Assembly: GCA_963779755.1 (NCBI GenBank)
Contig: CAVZZO010000003.1
Span: forward strand, 1,664,001-1,728,000
Length of the DNA stretch: 64,000 bases
Source: an uncultured Gemmatimonadales bacterium
GTDB taxonomy: Bacteria; Gemmatimonadota; Gemmatimonadetes; Gemmatimonadales; GWC2-71-9
Direction: 5' to 3'
Positions 1 through 8,103 of this stretch are shown piece after piece. The translations under genes were made by a program, and so were the position numbers. The notes beneath the pieces were generated by a model. It saw only the letters and a list, made by a program, of their open reading frames with translations. It did no database searches and was not told the origin of the DNA. How positions within the stretch are numbered: the stretch's first letter is position 1; each line of letters starts with the position of its first letter.

Positions 1-355
1 CGCCATGGGGGCCGTAGTACCGCTCGTAGAGCCGGAGATCGGACACGCGAAAATCGGCGGCGAGATCGACGATGATACCGGGGCCCGCCTCGTAGACCGA
101 CTCGATCACCCGCGACGACTCCCCATGCTCCAGCGCCAGAAAGACGACATCGCAGCCGGCGGCGGCCATGCCGGCCTCGTCACCGGCAAAGCGCGCGTCG
201 GTCATGCCCGCCAGGCCCGGATGCACCGCCGCCAGCGGCTGGCCCGCCTGGCTCCGGCTGGTGGCCGTCAACTCGGTGACGTCCGGATGCTGGAGCAGCA
301 GGCGGAGCAGCTCCCCGCCGACGAACCCGGCTCCGCCGATTACCGCGACCCTCAC
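1..355 (-). CDS. argC: N-acetyl-gamma-glutamyl-phosphate reductase, 5' part (runs off the window)
   Basis: Not in the ORF track. My translation from GTG at 355 gives MRVAVIGGAGFVGGELLRLLLQHPDV...DVVFLALEHGES...IVDLAADFRV, which are ArgC N-terminal motifs. GTGA overlap with the stop of the upstream gene. Confidence 0.9.
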   Translation of the reverse strand, partial: MRVAVIGGAGFVGGELLRLLLQHPDVTELTATSRSQAGQPLAAVHPGLAGMTDARFAGDEAGMAAAGCDVVFLALEHGESSRVIESVYEAGPGIIVDLAADFRVSDLRLYERYYGPHG

Positions 356-1431
356 GATGTTGCTCCCGCGGGGCGGCCGGCGCGGTCGAGCGCCGCGGTC
401 ACGATTTCCACCAGGCCCGAGGGATCGCGCAGCGCGTTCCGGGATGGCAGCCCCAGCCGGTTCTCGATGTAGCTGCGGCCCACCTCGTTGTCGGTGGCCG
501 GCCCGGTCACCACGGTGATCGACAGGCCGTAGTCCCGCCGCATCAGCTCCGCCGCACCCCAGCAGGCCACCGGGTCGGGCGCCGCCATCACCCAGGCCGC
601 GCCGAGGCCGGCCAGCCCCTCATCGGAAAGAATGTCCTGCACCCCGTATTCCCCGAGAATGCCGTCGCCCAGCTCCGCTACCACGACGTCGGGCCGGGAG
701 GCGGCCAGCCGGTTGAAGAGCCCCCGGGCTACGGGCACCGTCATCCCGGCATGGGTGCTCGCGGCCCCCGCGTCGTTGAAAGTGAGCGCGGCAATGGCCC
801 CGGCATCCTGCATGGCCAGCGCGTCGCGCATGAGCGAGACGCCGGTCAGCTTCGCCGCCGCCACCCGGCGTCCTTCCCGGGCCAGGCCCCGGACAATCTC
901 GGTGGCCGCCGCCGTCTTGCCGGCGTTCATGCAGGTGCCCGCCACGTAGACCACGGGGACACCGGTCTCCAGCCGGTCCGCGGCCGGCACCGCGTGCGCC
1001 CGGATATTGGCCGGCGTGCCGATGCGGTCGCCCAGGTCGGGGAAAGTGAGCACCGCGCCCAGGACCTCCGCGCGGAAGGGAGGCCCGATATCGGGATTGG
1101 CCGAGGTGCACCGGCCCAGAATACCGCCCAGGTTGAGCACCTCGATCTCATTGCCGGGCGAAAGCTCGTCCGGTACCACGCCGGCGTAGCCCCGCAACGC
1201 CCGCCGGCTCCCCAGGGTGCCCGCCAGCACATCGCCGGCGCGCAGCGATACCATGCGCCCACTGGGATCTTCCAGCGTATTGTAGGTCCCCTTCTCGGTC
1301 AGCACCCGGACCGCAAGGATATAACCTTCCCGGCTGACGATCTCCGGGCCGATGATCACTTCGGATGCGAGGTGCGCATTCCGGGTCGACGAGGCAATCC
1401 GGTCCAGCCGGATACGACGGGTATGAACCAT
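352..1431 (-). CDS. DUF1611-like P-loop protein inside the arg operon
   Basis: Motifs GTCMNAGKT, AKLTG, DAGA..FNDAG.ASTH and DVVVAELGDGILG resemble DUF1611-type proteins. Lies 9 bp after argG and is coupled to argC. Confidence 0.7.
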   Translation of the reverse strand: MVHTRRIRLDRIASSTRNAHLASEVIIGPEIVSREGYILAVRVLTEKGTYNTLEDPSGRMVSLRAGDVLAGTLGSRRALRGYAGVVPDELSPGNEIEVLNLGGILGRCTSANPDIGPPFRAEVLGAVLTFPDLGDRIGTPANIRAHAVPAADRLETGVPVVYVAGTCMNAGKTAAATEIVRGLAREGRRVAAAKLTGVSLMRDALAMQDAGAIAALTFNDAGAASTHAGMTVPVARGLFNRLAASRPDVVVAELGDGILGEYGVQDILSDEGLAGLGAAWVMAAPDPVACWGAAELMRRDYGLSITVVTGPATDNEVGRSYIENRLGLPSRNALRDPSGLVEIVTAALDRAGRPAGATS

Positions 1432-1440
1432 GAGAACCGA

Positions 1441-2634
1441 TCAGCGACCGGAGCCGGCCCGCTGCGCGAGAAGGGAAGGAATGGCGGAAACCCGGGCGAA
1501 AGCGCGGGCTTCGTCCCCGCTCCAGAGCCGGTTATCCTCGCCGTAGGTGGCGACCGACGGGTCGAGCAGCGAGAAGGGACTGCGCACCCCGACTACCTGG
1601 AATCGGCCCGGCGCCAGACGCACCCGGGTCTCGCCCGTCACCCGCTGCTGACTGCTGGCGAGCAGGGCCTCGATATCGCGCAGCGCCGGATCGAAATACT
1701 GTCCTTCGTGCAGCCGGTCGCCATAGAAGCGGGCCAGCTGGTCCTTCCAGTAGATCTGCCAGCGGGTGAGCACCAGCTTCTCCAGCTCGCGATGCGCCCC
1801 GATCAGCACCAGCGCCGCGCCCGCTTCGAACCCCACCCGGCCCTTGATGCCCAGCGCCGTCTCGCCCAGGTGTATTCCCCGGCCAATACCATACGCCTGG
1901 GTCAGGCCGGCCAAGGCATCGACCAGGGCGGGACCGGGCTGTTCCGCGCCGTCGAGCGCGGCCGGCAGCCCGTTCGCCCAGGCCAGCACGATCTCCTGCG
2001 GTGCCGGCGCATCGGCCGGCGGGTCCAGCAACTCCGCCGGAGGCCCGGCCCAGGAGTCGTGGGTCCAGCCGCCGCCCCAGGTGGTGCCCCAGCCGCCCCG
2101 ATTCACCGAATAGGCGCCCGCCTGCGCCGGGACCGGCAGGCCGCGCTCCTGGAGATAGGCGATCGCATCCGGTCGCGACAAACGCTGGTCGCGAATGGGG
2201 GTGAGAATCTCGAGCTCAGGCGCCAGGACGCGGAAGGCCACATCGAAGCGGACCTGGTCGTTCCCCGCCCCCGTCGATCCATGGGCGACCGCCGCGGCGC
2301 CGATGGCCCGCGCCGTCTCCACTACCGAGATGGCCTGCTGCGTGCGCTCGGCGGCCACGCTCAGGGGATAGACCTCCCCCCGCAGCACATTGCCCTGAAT
2401 AAGGAAGCGGACGAAACGGTCGTGCACCTGCGCCGTGGCGTCAACCTCGTGGTGCCGGGCGGCGCCCACGGCCAACGCCTGGCGGCGGATCGCCTCCCGT
2501 TCCCCGGGCGAGGCTCCGCCGGTATACACGAACACGGTGTGCACCTCCCAGCCGGCCTCCCGCAGCCGGGGCACACAGTAGGAGGTATCCAGGCCACCGG
2601 AGAAGGCGAGGGCGGCGATTCGCTGAGATTGCAT
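1441..2634 (-). CDS. argG: Argininosuccinate synthase
   Basis: LAFSGGLDTS, AHGSTGAGNDQVRFD and GIKGRVGFEA motifs. Start taken at MQSQRIA (ATG 2634); the longer ORF extension runs through repeats. Confidence 0.95.
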   Translation of the reverse strand: MQSQRIAALAFSGGLDTSYCVPRLREAGWEVHTVFVYTGGASPGEREAIRRQALAVGAARHHEVDATAQVHDRFVRFLIQGNVLRGEVYPLSVAAERTQQAISVVETARAIGAAAVAHGSTGAGNDQVRFDVAFRVLAPELEILTPIRDQRLSRPDAIAYLQERGLPVPAQAGAYSVNRGGWGTTWGGGWTHDSWAGPPAELLDPPADAPAPQEIVLAWANGLPAALDGAEQPGPALVDALAGLTQAYGIGRGIHLGETALGIKGRVGFEAGAALVLIGAHRELEKLVLTRWQIYWKDQLARFYGDRLHEGQYFDPALRDIEALLASSQQRVTGETRVRLAPGRFQVVGVRSPFSLLDPSVATYGEDNRLWSGDEARAFARVSAIPSLLAQRAGSGR

Positions 2635-2636
2635 AG

Positions 2637-2650
2637 TGCATAAGTATGCA
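2637..2650. promoter_or_regulatory. ARG box-like ArgR operator
   Basis: Palindrome TGCAT-AAGT-ATGCA, 2 bp upstream of the argG ATG; matches the TGCAT-N4-ATGCA form of ARG boxes. Confidence 0.7.
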
Positions 2651-2747
2651 ATAGGCCTGGGCCGCTCCGCAAGGCCGGAAACCGAAAGGAGCAAAGGACT
2701 GGGGGGGACGGCAAGGCGGCAGGACGGCAAGACGGCAAGAGCGAGCT

Positions 2748-2854
2748 CGAAGCCGATGCCTCCCGCAGCGCGCGTCAGGAGCGCCCACCGGTGGATGGGG
2801 ATCTGATCGCCGCGAAGCGATCCGTCGGCGCGCGGAGGGAGGCTCGGCGAGGGC
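2748..2854 (+). repeat. Hairpin repeat element A, copy 1
   Basis: GCCGATGCCTCCCGCAGCGCG...CGCGCGGAGGGAGGCTCGGC with complementary ends; near-identical to the reverse complement of 10970-11074. Confidence 0.85.
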
Positions 2855-2875
2855 AAGCGCCAGGGACTGAGCGGG

Positions 2876-2987
2876 AAGCTGCTACGGCGCGAGGGCCGGG
2901 GTTGCCGGCGCAGGCACCACCGAACCGGGGAGTGGCGGGGTGGTATCGGTGCTGCCGGAGCCGGCACCCCGGACCGAGCACCGCGGG
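2876..2987 (+). repeat. Hairpin repeat element B, copy 1
   Basis: ~110 bp near-identical to 4329-4440; inverted arms CCGGGG(T)TGCCGGC / GCCGGCACCCCGG. Confidence 0.85.
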
Positions 2988-3031
2988 CCAGATGCCCCAG
3001 GACTGAGACACTAACGGCTCCGGCCGCCCGA

Positions 3032-3131
3032 CGCCGATGCCTCCCGCAGCGCGCGTATGTGCCTTGGAGACACGCGATGCCCTCTCCCCGGTGGCGCACT
3101 TCAGCGCGCGGAGGGGGGCTCGGCGAGGACG
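3032..3131 (+). repeat. Hairpin repeat element A, variant copy (same arms, different core)
   Basis: CGCCGATGCCTCCCGCAGCGCGCGT...GCGCGCGGAGGGGGGCTCGGCGAGG. Confidence 0.75.
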
Positions 3132-3251
3132 AGCGGGAAGAGGACTGAGGCGAAGCAACTGCGAGCCCAGCGAACACCCGGCAGAAGGATGGTTCCCAAG
3201 GTTCTTGCAGAACCGCCTTCCCCTGTCACTCCGGGACAGTAGACTTCTCGC

Positions 3252-4310
3252 ATGCTGACCACCGCCCTGGTGCTCCTTGCCCTCATCCTCGTCCTGCTGC
3301 TCATAATCCTGCTCCGCGGGGGGCCGGCAGACTCGCTACGGCAGAGCCTGGATGAAATGCGCGCCCGGGTAGACCAGCTGGCCGGTAGCCAGCAGGTCCT
3401 GCCCGGGGCCGTGACCGAGCAGGTCACCGCCCTTTCCACCCTGCTCTCCCGCCAGCTCGAGGCGTCCGATGCCAGCGTCGGCCGCCGGCTGGACGAAACC
3501 GGACGCGCGGTGGCGGACGTGCGCGAGCGACTGGGACAGCTGGCCGAGGCGACCCGGCGGCTGGAGGCGGTGGGCAGGAGCATTACCGAGGTGCAGGATC
3601 TCCTGCGGGTACCGAAGTTGCGCGGGACGCTGGGCGAGGTCTGGCTGGAGGAACTGCTGCGGCAGGTCTTTCCCGCCGGACTCTTCGAAATGCAATATGC
3701 CTTTCAATCGGGCCTCAGGGTGGACGCCGTGATCCGGATCGGGCCCCGACTCGTCCCCATCGACGCCAAGTTCCCGCTGGAAGCCTGCCAGCGCATGCTG
3801 GCCGCCCCCGACCAGGAGGCAGCCCTTCGCGAGCGCCGGGCCTTCCGCCGCTCCCTGCGATCCCGAATCGACGAAATCGCCGACAAGTACATCTGCCCCG
3901 GCGAAGGCACCTTCGATTTCGCCCTGATGTATGTGCCGGCGGAGAACGTCTATTACGAGACCGTGGTGCGCGACGAGCGGCCGGAGGAAGGCGATAGCCT
4001 GCTGGCCTACGCCATGGGCCGGAAGGTCATCCCCGTCTCACCCCATACGTTCTACGCCTATCTCTCCGCCGTGCTGCACGGCCTGAAGGGCCTGCAGGTG
4101 GAGGAGCGCGCCCGGGAGCTACAGGGCGAGTTGGGACGGCTGCAGCAGCTCACCCTCCAGTTTGTCGACAGCTTCCAGAAGGTCGGCGGCCACCTGATGC
4201 ACGCGCAGAAGGCCTGGGAAGCGGCCGGGAAGGAGCACGAACGGCTGGAAGCGAGGCTGGAAGCGCTGACAGGCCTGCGGCTGGAGGAAGGACTGAGGAC
4301 TGAGGACTGA
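3252..4310 (+). CDS. rmuC: DNA recombination protein RmuC family
   Basis: N-terminal TM, coiled coil, PKLRGTLGEVWLE, VPIDAKFPLE, TFDFALMYVPAENVY and VIPVSPHTF motifs. Confidence 0.9.
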   Translation: MLTTALVLLALILVLLLIILLRGGPADSLRQSLDEMRARVDQLAGSQQVLPGAVTEQVTALSTLLSRQLEASDASVGRRLDETGRAVADVRERLGQLAEATRRLEAVGRSITEVQDLLRVPKLRGTLGEVWLEELLRQVFPAGLFEMQYAFQSGLRVDAVIRIGPRLVPIDAKFPLEACQRMLAAPDQEAALRERRAFRRSLRSRIDEIADKYICPGEGTFDFALMYVPAENVYYETVVRDERPEEGDSLLAYAMGRKVIPVSPHTFYAYLSAVLHGLKGLQVEERARELQGELGRLQQLTLQFVDSFQKVGGHLMHAQKAWEAAGKEHERLEARLEALTGLRLEEGLRTED

Positions 4311-4486
4311 GGACTGAGGACTGAACGGAAAGCTACCACCGGTGCGAGGGCCCGGGGTTGCCGGCAGGCACCACCGAACCGGGGAGTGGCGGGGTGGTAT
4401 CGGTGCTGCCGGAACCGGCACCCCGGACCGAGCACCGCGCACGAGAGGCCCGAGGCTGAGGCCTGGGGCCTGAGGCCTCAGTCCTT
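4290..4486. repeat. GACTGAG heptamer array, element B copy 2 (4329-4440) and inverted CTCAGTCC arm
   Basis: About five GGACTGA units overlap the rmuC stop; inverted arm at ~4477-4485; sits between convergent genes. Confidence 0.85.
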
Positions 4487-4487
4487 T

Positions 4488-5147
4488 CTACTTCCGGTGC
4501 AGCTCCATCCCGAACCCAGCGTGAAGATGCAGTGCCAGGTTGGGGACGCTGGCGTGCCCGTCGGCGACCGGAATGCGGACGTAGGATGCCGATCCCCGCG
4601 CGTCCAGGCTGACGAAGACGATCTCAGGAACCAGATAGAAGCGGTGGCTCAGTGTGGCCATGGCCGTGGCCCCGGACAGGAAATAGCCGTCGAAAAGAAA
4701 GCCGCGATTGCGGTCGACTTTCTGATCGTGGATCCGGATCCGGGGATACGTAATCACCGGCCCGGCGCCCAGGCTGTACACCCAGTTCCCCCGCCGCCAG
4801 CCGCGGGAGAGGGTGATCATGTTGAACCCGTTGGTGATGCTGAACTCCTGCACCACGGCGGGACGCCGGGTGGCGTACACCTTGTGGTGGGTAAAATCCA
4901 CCAGCCACCCCTTGTTGTGCTTCCAGAATCCGATCCGCCCGGCGTAATACCAGGTGTCCTTGAAGGGATAATTGCGGAAATGCGGATTCCAGTGCAGGTC
5001 AGGATTGTGCTGCAGAGCCACACTGATCCGTATTGGCGCATCCAGCGAGGTCCCGCCGAACAACTCGAGCGTGACCTGCGCCCGGAGCGCTGAGGGGAAA
5101 ATCGCTGACAGAAACAGCACCAGCGCCGCTCGGCGCGAGTGGGACAT
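4488..5147 (-). CDS. Secreted / outer-membrane beta-barrel-like hypothetical protein
   Basis: Signal peptide ending ALRA-Q; aromatic, amphipathic beta-strand pattern. Confidence 0.65.
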   Translation of the reverse strand: MSHSRRAALVLFLSAIFPSALRAQVTLELFGGTSLDAPIRISVALQHNPDLHWNPHFRNYPFKDTWYYAGRIGFWKHNKGWLVDFTHHKVYATRRPAVVQEFSITNGFNMITLSRGWRRGNWVYSLGAGPVITYPRIRIHDQKVDRNRGFLFDGYFLSGATAMATLSHRFYLVPEIVFVSLDARGSASYVRIPVADGHASVPNLALHLHAGFGMELHRK

Positions 5148-5324
5148 TGAAATTCCCTGGCCGGTGGAATCCGCGAATAATCTAGGCCTGGTCGCTTCGA
5201 TCGTGAACCCGCCTTTCCAATTCTCATCCTCCGGTTCCCGTCCGGGCGCTTTCCGTCTCCCTGCCTCCGTCCCTGCAACCTTTCCTCCCGGCGTTGCGTC
5301 TAATGCCCCATACCTTCAGCAGAG

Positions 5325-8012
5325 GTGGATGTGGCTTGTACGCGTGCGGGAGTGCTGCTCCTTCTGGTTTCCTTACCGGCTGCCGCGGCGGCGCAAACCG
5401 AGGCCGCGCGCCCCGTCCGGCGCCTGAACGATCATGCCGCGGCGCCGCAGGTCCACGCGGCGACCCTGCGGCAGGACCTGCACATGGATGGAAAGCTGGA
5501 CGATGCTGCCTGGCTGGCCGCAGAACCGGCGGGGTTGGCGGCTCAGTTGGATCCCAACGAGGGCGAGCCTCCCAGCGAGCGCACCGAGATCCGCGTCCTG
5601 GTGGACCAGCACGCGCTCTACATCGGCGCGCGCCTGTATGACGACCATCCCGACCGCATCGTCAGCCGCCTGGGCCGTCGGGACGAGCGGCCCGCCAGTG
5701 ATCGCCTGACCATCAGAATCGACAGCCGGCACGACCACCTGACGGCCTTTCTCTTTGATGTCTTCCCTGCCGGCAACAAGGGCGACGCCAGCGTGGGCTC
5801 GGACGAGCACGAGGACTATTCCTGGGACCCGGTCTGGGAAGTCGCGACCACCATCGACTCTCTCGGCTGGACCGCCGAGATCCGCATCCCGCTCTCGCAG
5901 TTACGCTATAACCGGGACTCGCGGGTCTGGGGTATCCAGGTGATCCGCTTCATCCAGCGGCGGCAGGAGGAAGACGTCTTCAGCTATGTGCCCAAGACGG
6001 AAAACGCCGGCGTCAACCGCTACGGACACCTGACCGGCCTGCGCGGACTGCCGGCCACCCGGCGCGTCGAGGTGACCCCGTACGTGGCGGGACGGGCCGA
6101 GTATCAGCCCGCGCAGGCCGGCGACCCGTTTGCACGGGGACACGACTACACCGGCTCCGCCGGCGCCGATTTCAAGGTGGGGCTGGGCAGCAACCTGACG
6201 CTCGACGGCACGGTGAACCCCGACTTCGGCCAGGTCGAGGTCGATCCGGCGGTGGTGAACCTCACCGCCTTCGAGACGGTCTTCGACGAGAAGCGCCCCT
6301 TCTTCGTGGAAGGCGCCGACCTGTTCAGTTTTGGGAACCTGCGCACCTACAACGCTTTCACCTCGCCCATCACCTTCTTTTCCCGGAGGATCGGGCGGCC
6401 GCCGCAGGGGGCCATTACCGCCCCGGGGGCCGCCTTCGCCGATGTGCCCGGTCAGACCACCATCGCGGCGGCCGGCAAGCTCACCGGCAAGACCGAAAAC
6501 GGCTGGTCCATCGCCCTGCTGGATGCGGTCACACCGACGGAGAACGGGAACTATGTATTGCCCGGTTCACCCGTCATCCGGCACCAGGCGGTCGAGCCGT
6601 TCACCAACTATTTCGTGGGGCGGCTCCGTCGCGAGTTGCGCCAGGGCAATACCGCCGTGGGCATGCTGGTGACCGCGGTCAACCGCAGCCTGAGCGAGCC
6701 CGCGCTCGAAGCCGAGCTGCGCTCCCAGGCCTACGCGGGGGGCATCGATTTCAACCACGCCTGGGGCAACCGGAACTGGGCGCTCGACGCTTCACTGGCG
6801 GGCAGCCGGATTGCCGGCAGCCCGGCCGCGATTGCCCGGGCCCAGCGCGCCAGTGCGCGCTACTACCAGCGCCCCGATGCCCATAACCTCCACTTTGATT
6901 CCACCCGTACCGCGCTTTCCGGCTATACCGCGCAGCTGGCCGTGACCAAGATCGGCGGCGGCCATTGGGGCGGGAACCTGGCCTATCAGGAGAAGAGCCC
7001 CGGCTTCGAGAGCAACGACCTGGGCCTGACCCAGACCACCGGCCGCCGCGGGATTTCCACCGACCTGCATTACTACCAGCCCCGCCCGGGCCTCTTCCGC
7101 AACTGGACCGTCGGAGTGCTGAGCGGGAACGACTGGAACTACGACGGCAATCACACTACCAGCTACCTGGGCAATATTATCGAGCTGCGGCTGCGGAACT
7201 TCTGGTCCTACCACAGCCAGCTCTTCTATGACTTCAGCGCCTACGACGACCAGCTCACCCGGGGGGGCCCCCTTGCCCGGCTGCCCCAGCGGGGAAACTG
7301 GGACATGTTCCTTGAGTCCGACGATCGCGGGGTGCTGTCGCTGCAGCTGGAAGGGCACTTCAACTGGAACACCGCCGGCGGGTACGCCACCAGGTATGGT
7401 GCCGGGGTGGTCTTTCAGCCCGGCCCCAATCTCCAGGTGAGCCTGGAGCCCAGCTATTCGCGCTACCACAACCTGAGCCAGTATGTCACCACGGTGGACG
7501 ACCCCACCGCCACCGCGACCTTCGGCCGGCGCACCGTCTTCGCCACGGTGGAGCAGCGCGAGGTGGCGCTGACCACGCGACTCAACTGGACTTTCAGTCC
7601 CATGCTCAGCCTGCAGCTCTACCTCCAGCCCTTCGTTTCCACCGGCGCCTACCACGACTACAAGGAATTCCGCGCGCCCGGCACCTTCAATTTCGACAGC
7701 TACGGCCGCAACCGTGGGACCATCGCTCAGGACCCCGCCACCGGCGATTTCACCGTCGACCCCGACGGCGCCGGCCCGGCGCCGGCCTTCGGCTTCCCGG
7801 CGCAGGACTTCAACTTCCGTTCGCTGCGGGCCAATCTGGTCATGCGCTGGGAATACCGCCCGGGCTCGACCCTGTTCCTGGTCTGGCAGCACTCCCGTGC
7901 CGGGGCGGCCGGACGCGGCGACTTCTCCTTCAGACGCGACTTCAACGCGATCTTCGATTATCCGGGGACCAACGTCGTGGCGGTCAAGATGACGTGGTGG
8001 CTGGGGGTATGA
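5325..8012 (+). CDS. CBM9-like plus DUF5916-type outer-membrane protein
   Basis: Signal peptide; DGKLDDAAW, GWTAEIRIPLSQLRY, TVNPDFGQVEVD, EKRPFFVEG and RWEYRPGSTLFLVW motifs. Confidence 0.8.
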   Translation: MDVACTRAGVLLLLVSLPAAAAAQTEAARPVRRLNDHAAAPQVHAATLRQDLHMDGKLDDAAWLAAEPAGLAAQLDPNEGEPPSERTEIRVLVDQHALYIGARLYDDHPDRIVSRLGRRDERPASDRLTIRIDSRHDHLTAFLFDVFPAGNKGDASVGSDEHEDYSWDPVWEVATTIDSLGWTAEIRIPLSQLRYNRDSRVWGIQVIRFIQRRQEEDVFSYVPKTENAGVNRYGHLTGLRGLPATRRVEVTPYVAGRAEYQPAQAGDPFARGHDYTGSAGADFKVGLGSNLTLDGTVNPDFGQVEVDPAVVNLTAFETVFDEKRPFFVEGADLFSFGNLRTYNAFTSPITFFSRRIGRPPQGAITAPGAAFADVPGQTTIAAAGKLTGKTENGWSIALLDAVTPTENGNYVLPGSPVIRHQAVEPFTNYFVGRLRRELRQGNTAVGMLVTAVNRSLSEPALEAELRSQAYAGGIDFNHAWGNRNWALDASLAGSRIAGSPAAIARAQRASARYYQRPDAHNLHFDSTRTALSGYTAQLAVTKIGGGHWGGNLAYQEKSPGFESNDLGLTQTTGRRGISTDLHYYQPRPGLFRNWTVGVLSGNDWNYDGNHTTSYLGNIIELRLRNFWSYHSQLFYDFSAYDDQLTRGGPLARLPQRGNWDMFLESDDRGVLSLQLEGHFNWNTAGGYATRYGAGVVFQPGPNLQVSLEPSYSRYHNLSQYVTTVDDPTATATFGRRTVFATVEQREVALTTRLNWTFSPMLSLQLYLQPFVSTGAYHDYKEFRAPGTFNFDSYGRNRGTIAQDPATGDFTVDPDGAGPAPAFGFPAQDFNFRSLRANLVMRWEYRPGSTLFLVWQHSRAGAAGRGDFSFRRDFNAIFDYPGTNVVAVKMTWWLGV

Positions 8013-8017
8013 CAAAC

Positions 8018-8103
8018 CGTAAGGCGTAAGGAGTGAGAGTCAGTATCCCTCGCCCCTTACGCCTCACCCCTCACGCCTCACGCCTCACGCCTCACGCCTC
8101 ACA
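8018..8103. repeat. Heptamer inverted-arm element (GTAAGGC / CCTCACG x~6) between convergent genes; possible bidirectional terminator
   Basis: gtaaggcgtaaggagtgag ... ccttacgcctcacccctcacgcctcacgcctcacgcctcacgcctcac; includes the tnaA stop. Confidence 0.8.

Noticed and set aside
2635..3177. N-terminal extensions in the ORF track for argG (also ompA, SDR, ybbA, ECF sigma and the propeller lipoprotein)
   Set aside because: The extensions run through repeats or neighbouring genes; family motifs, RBSs and signal peptides indicate the later starts.
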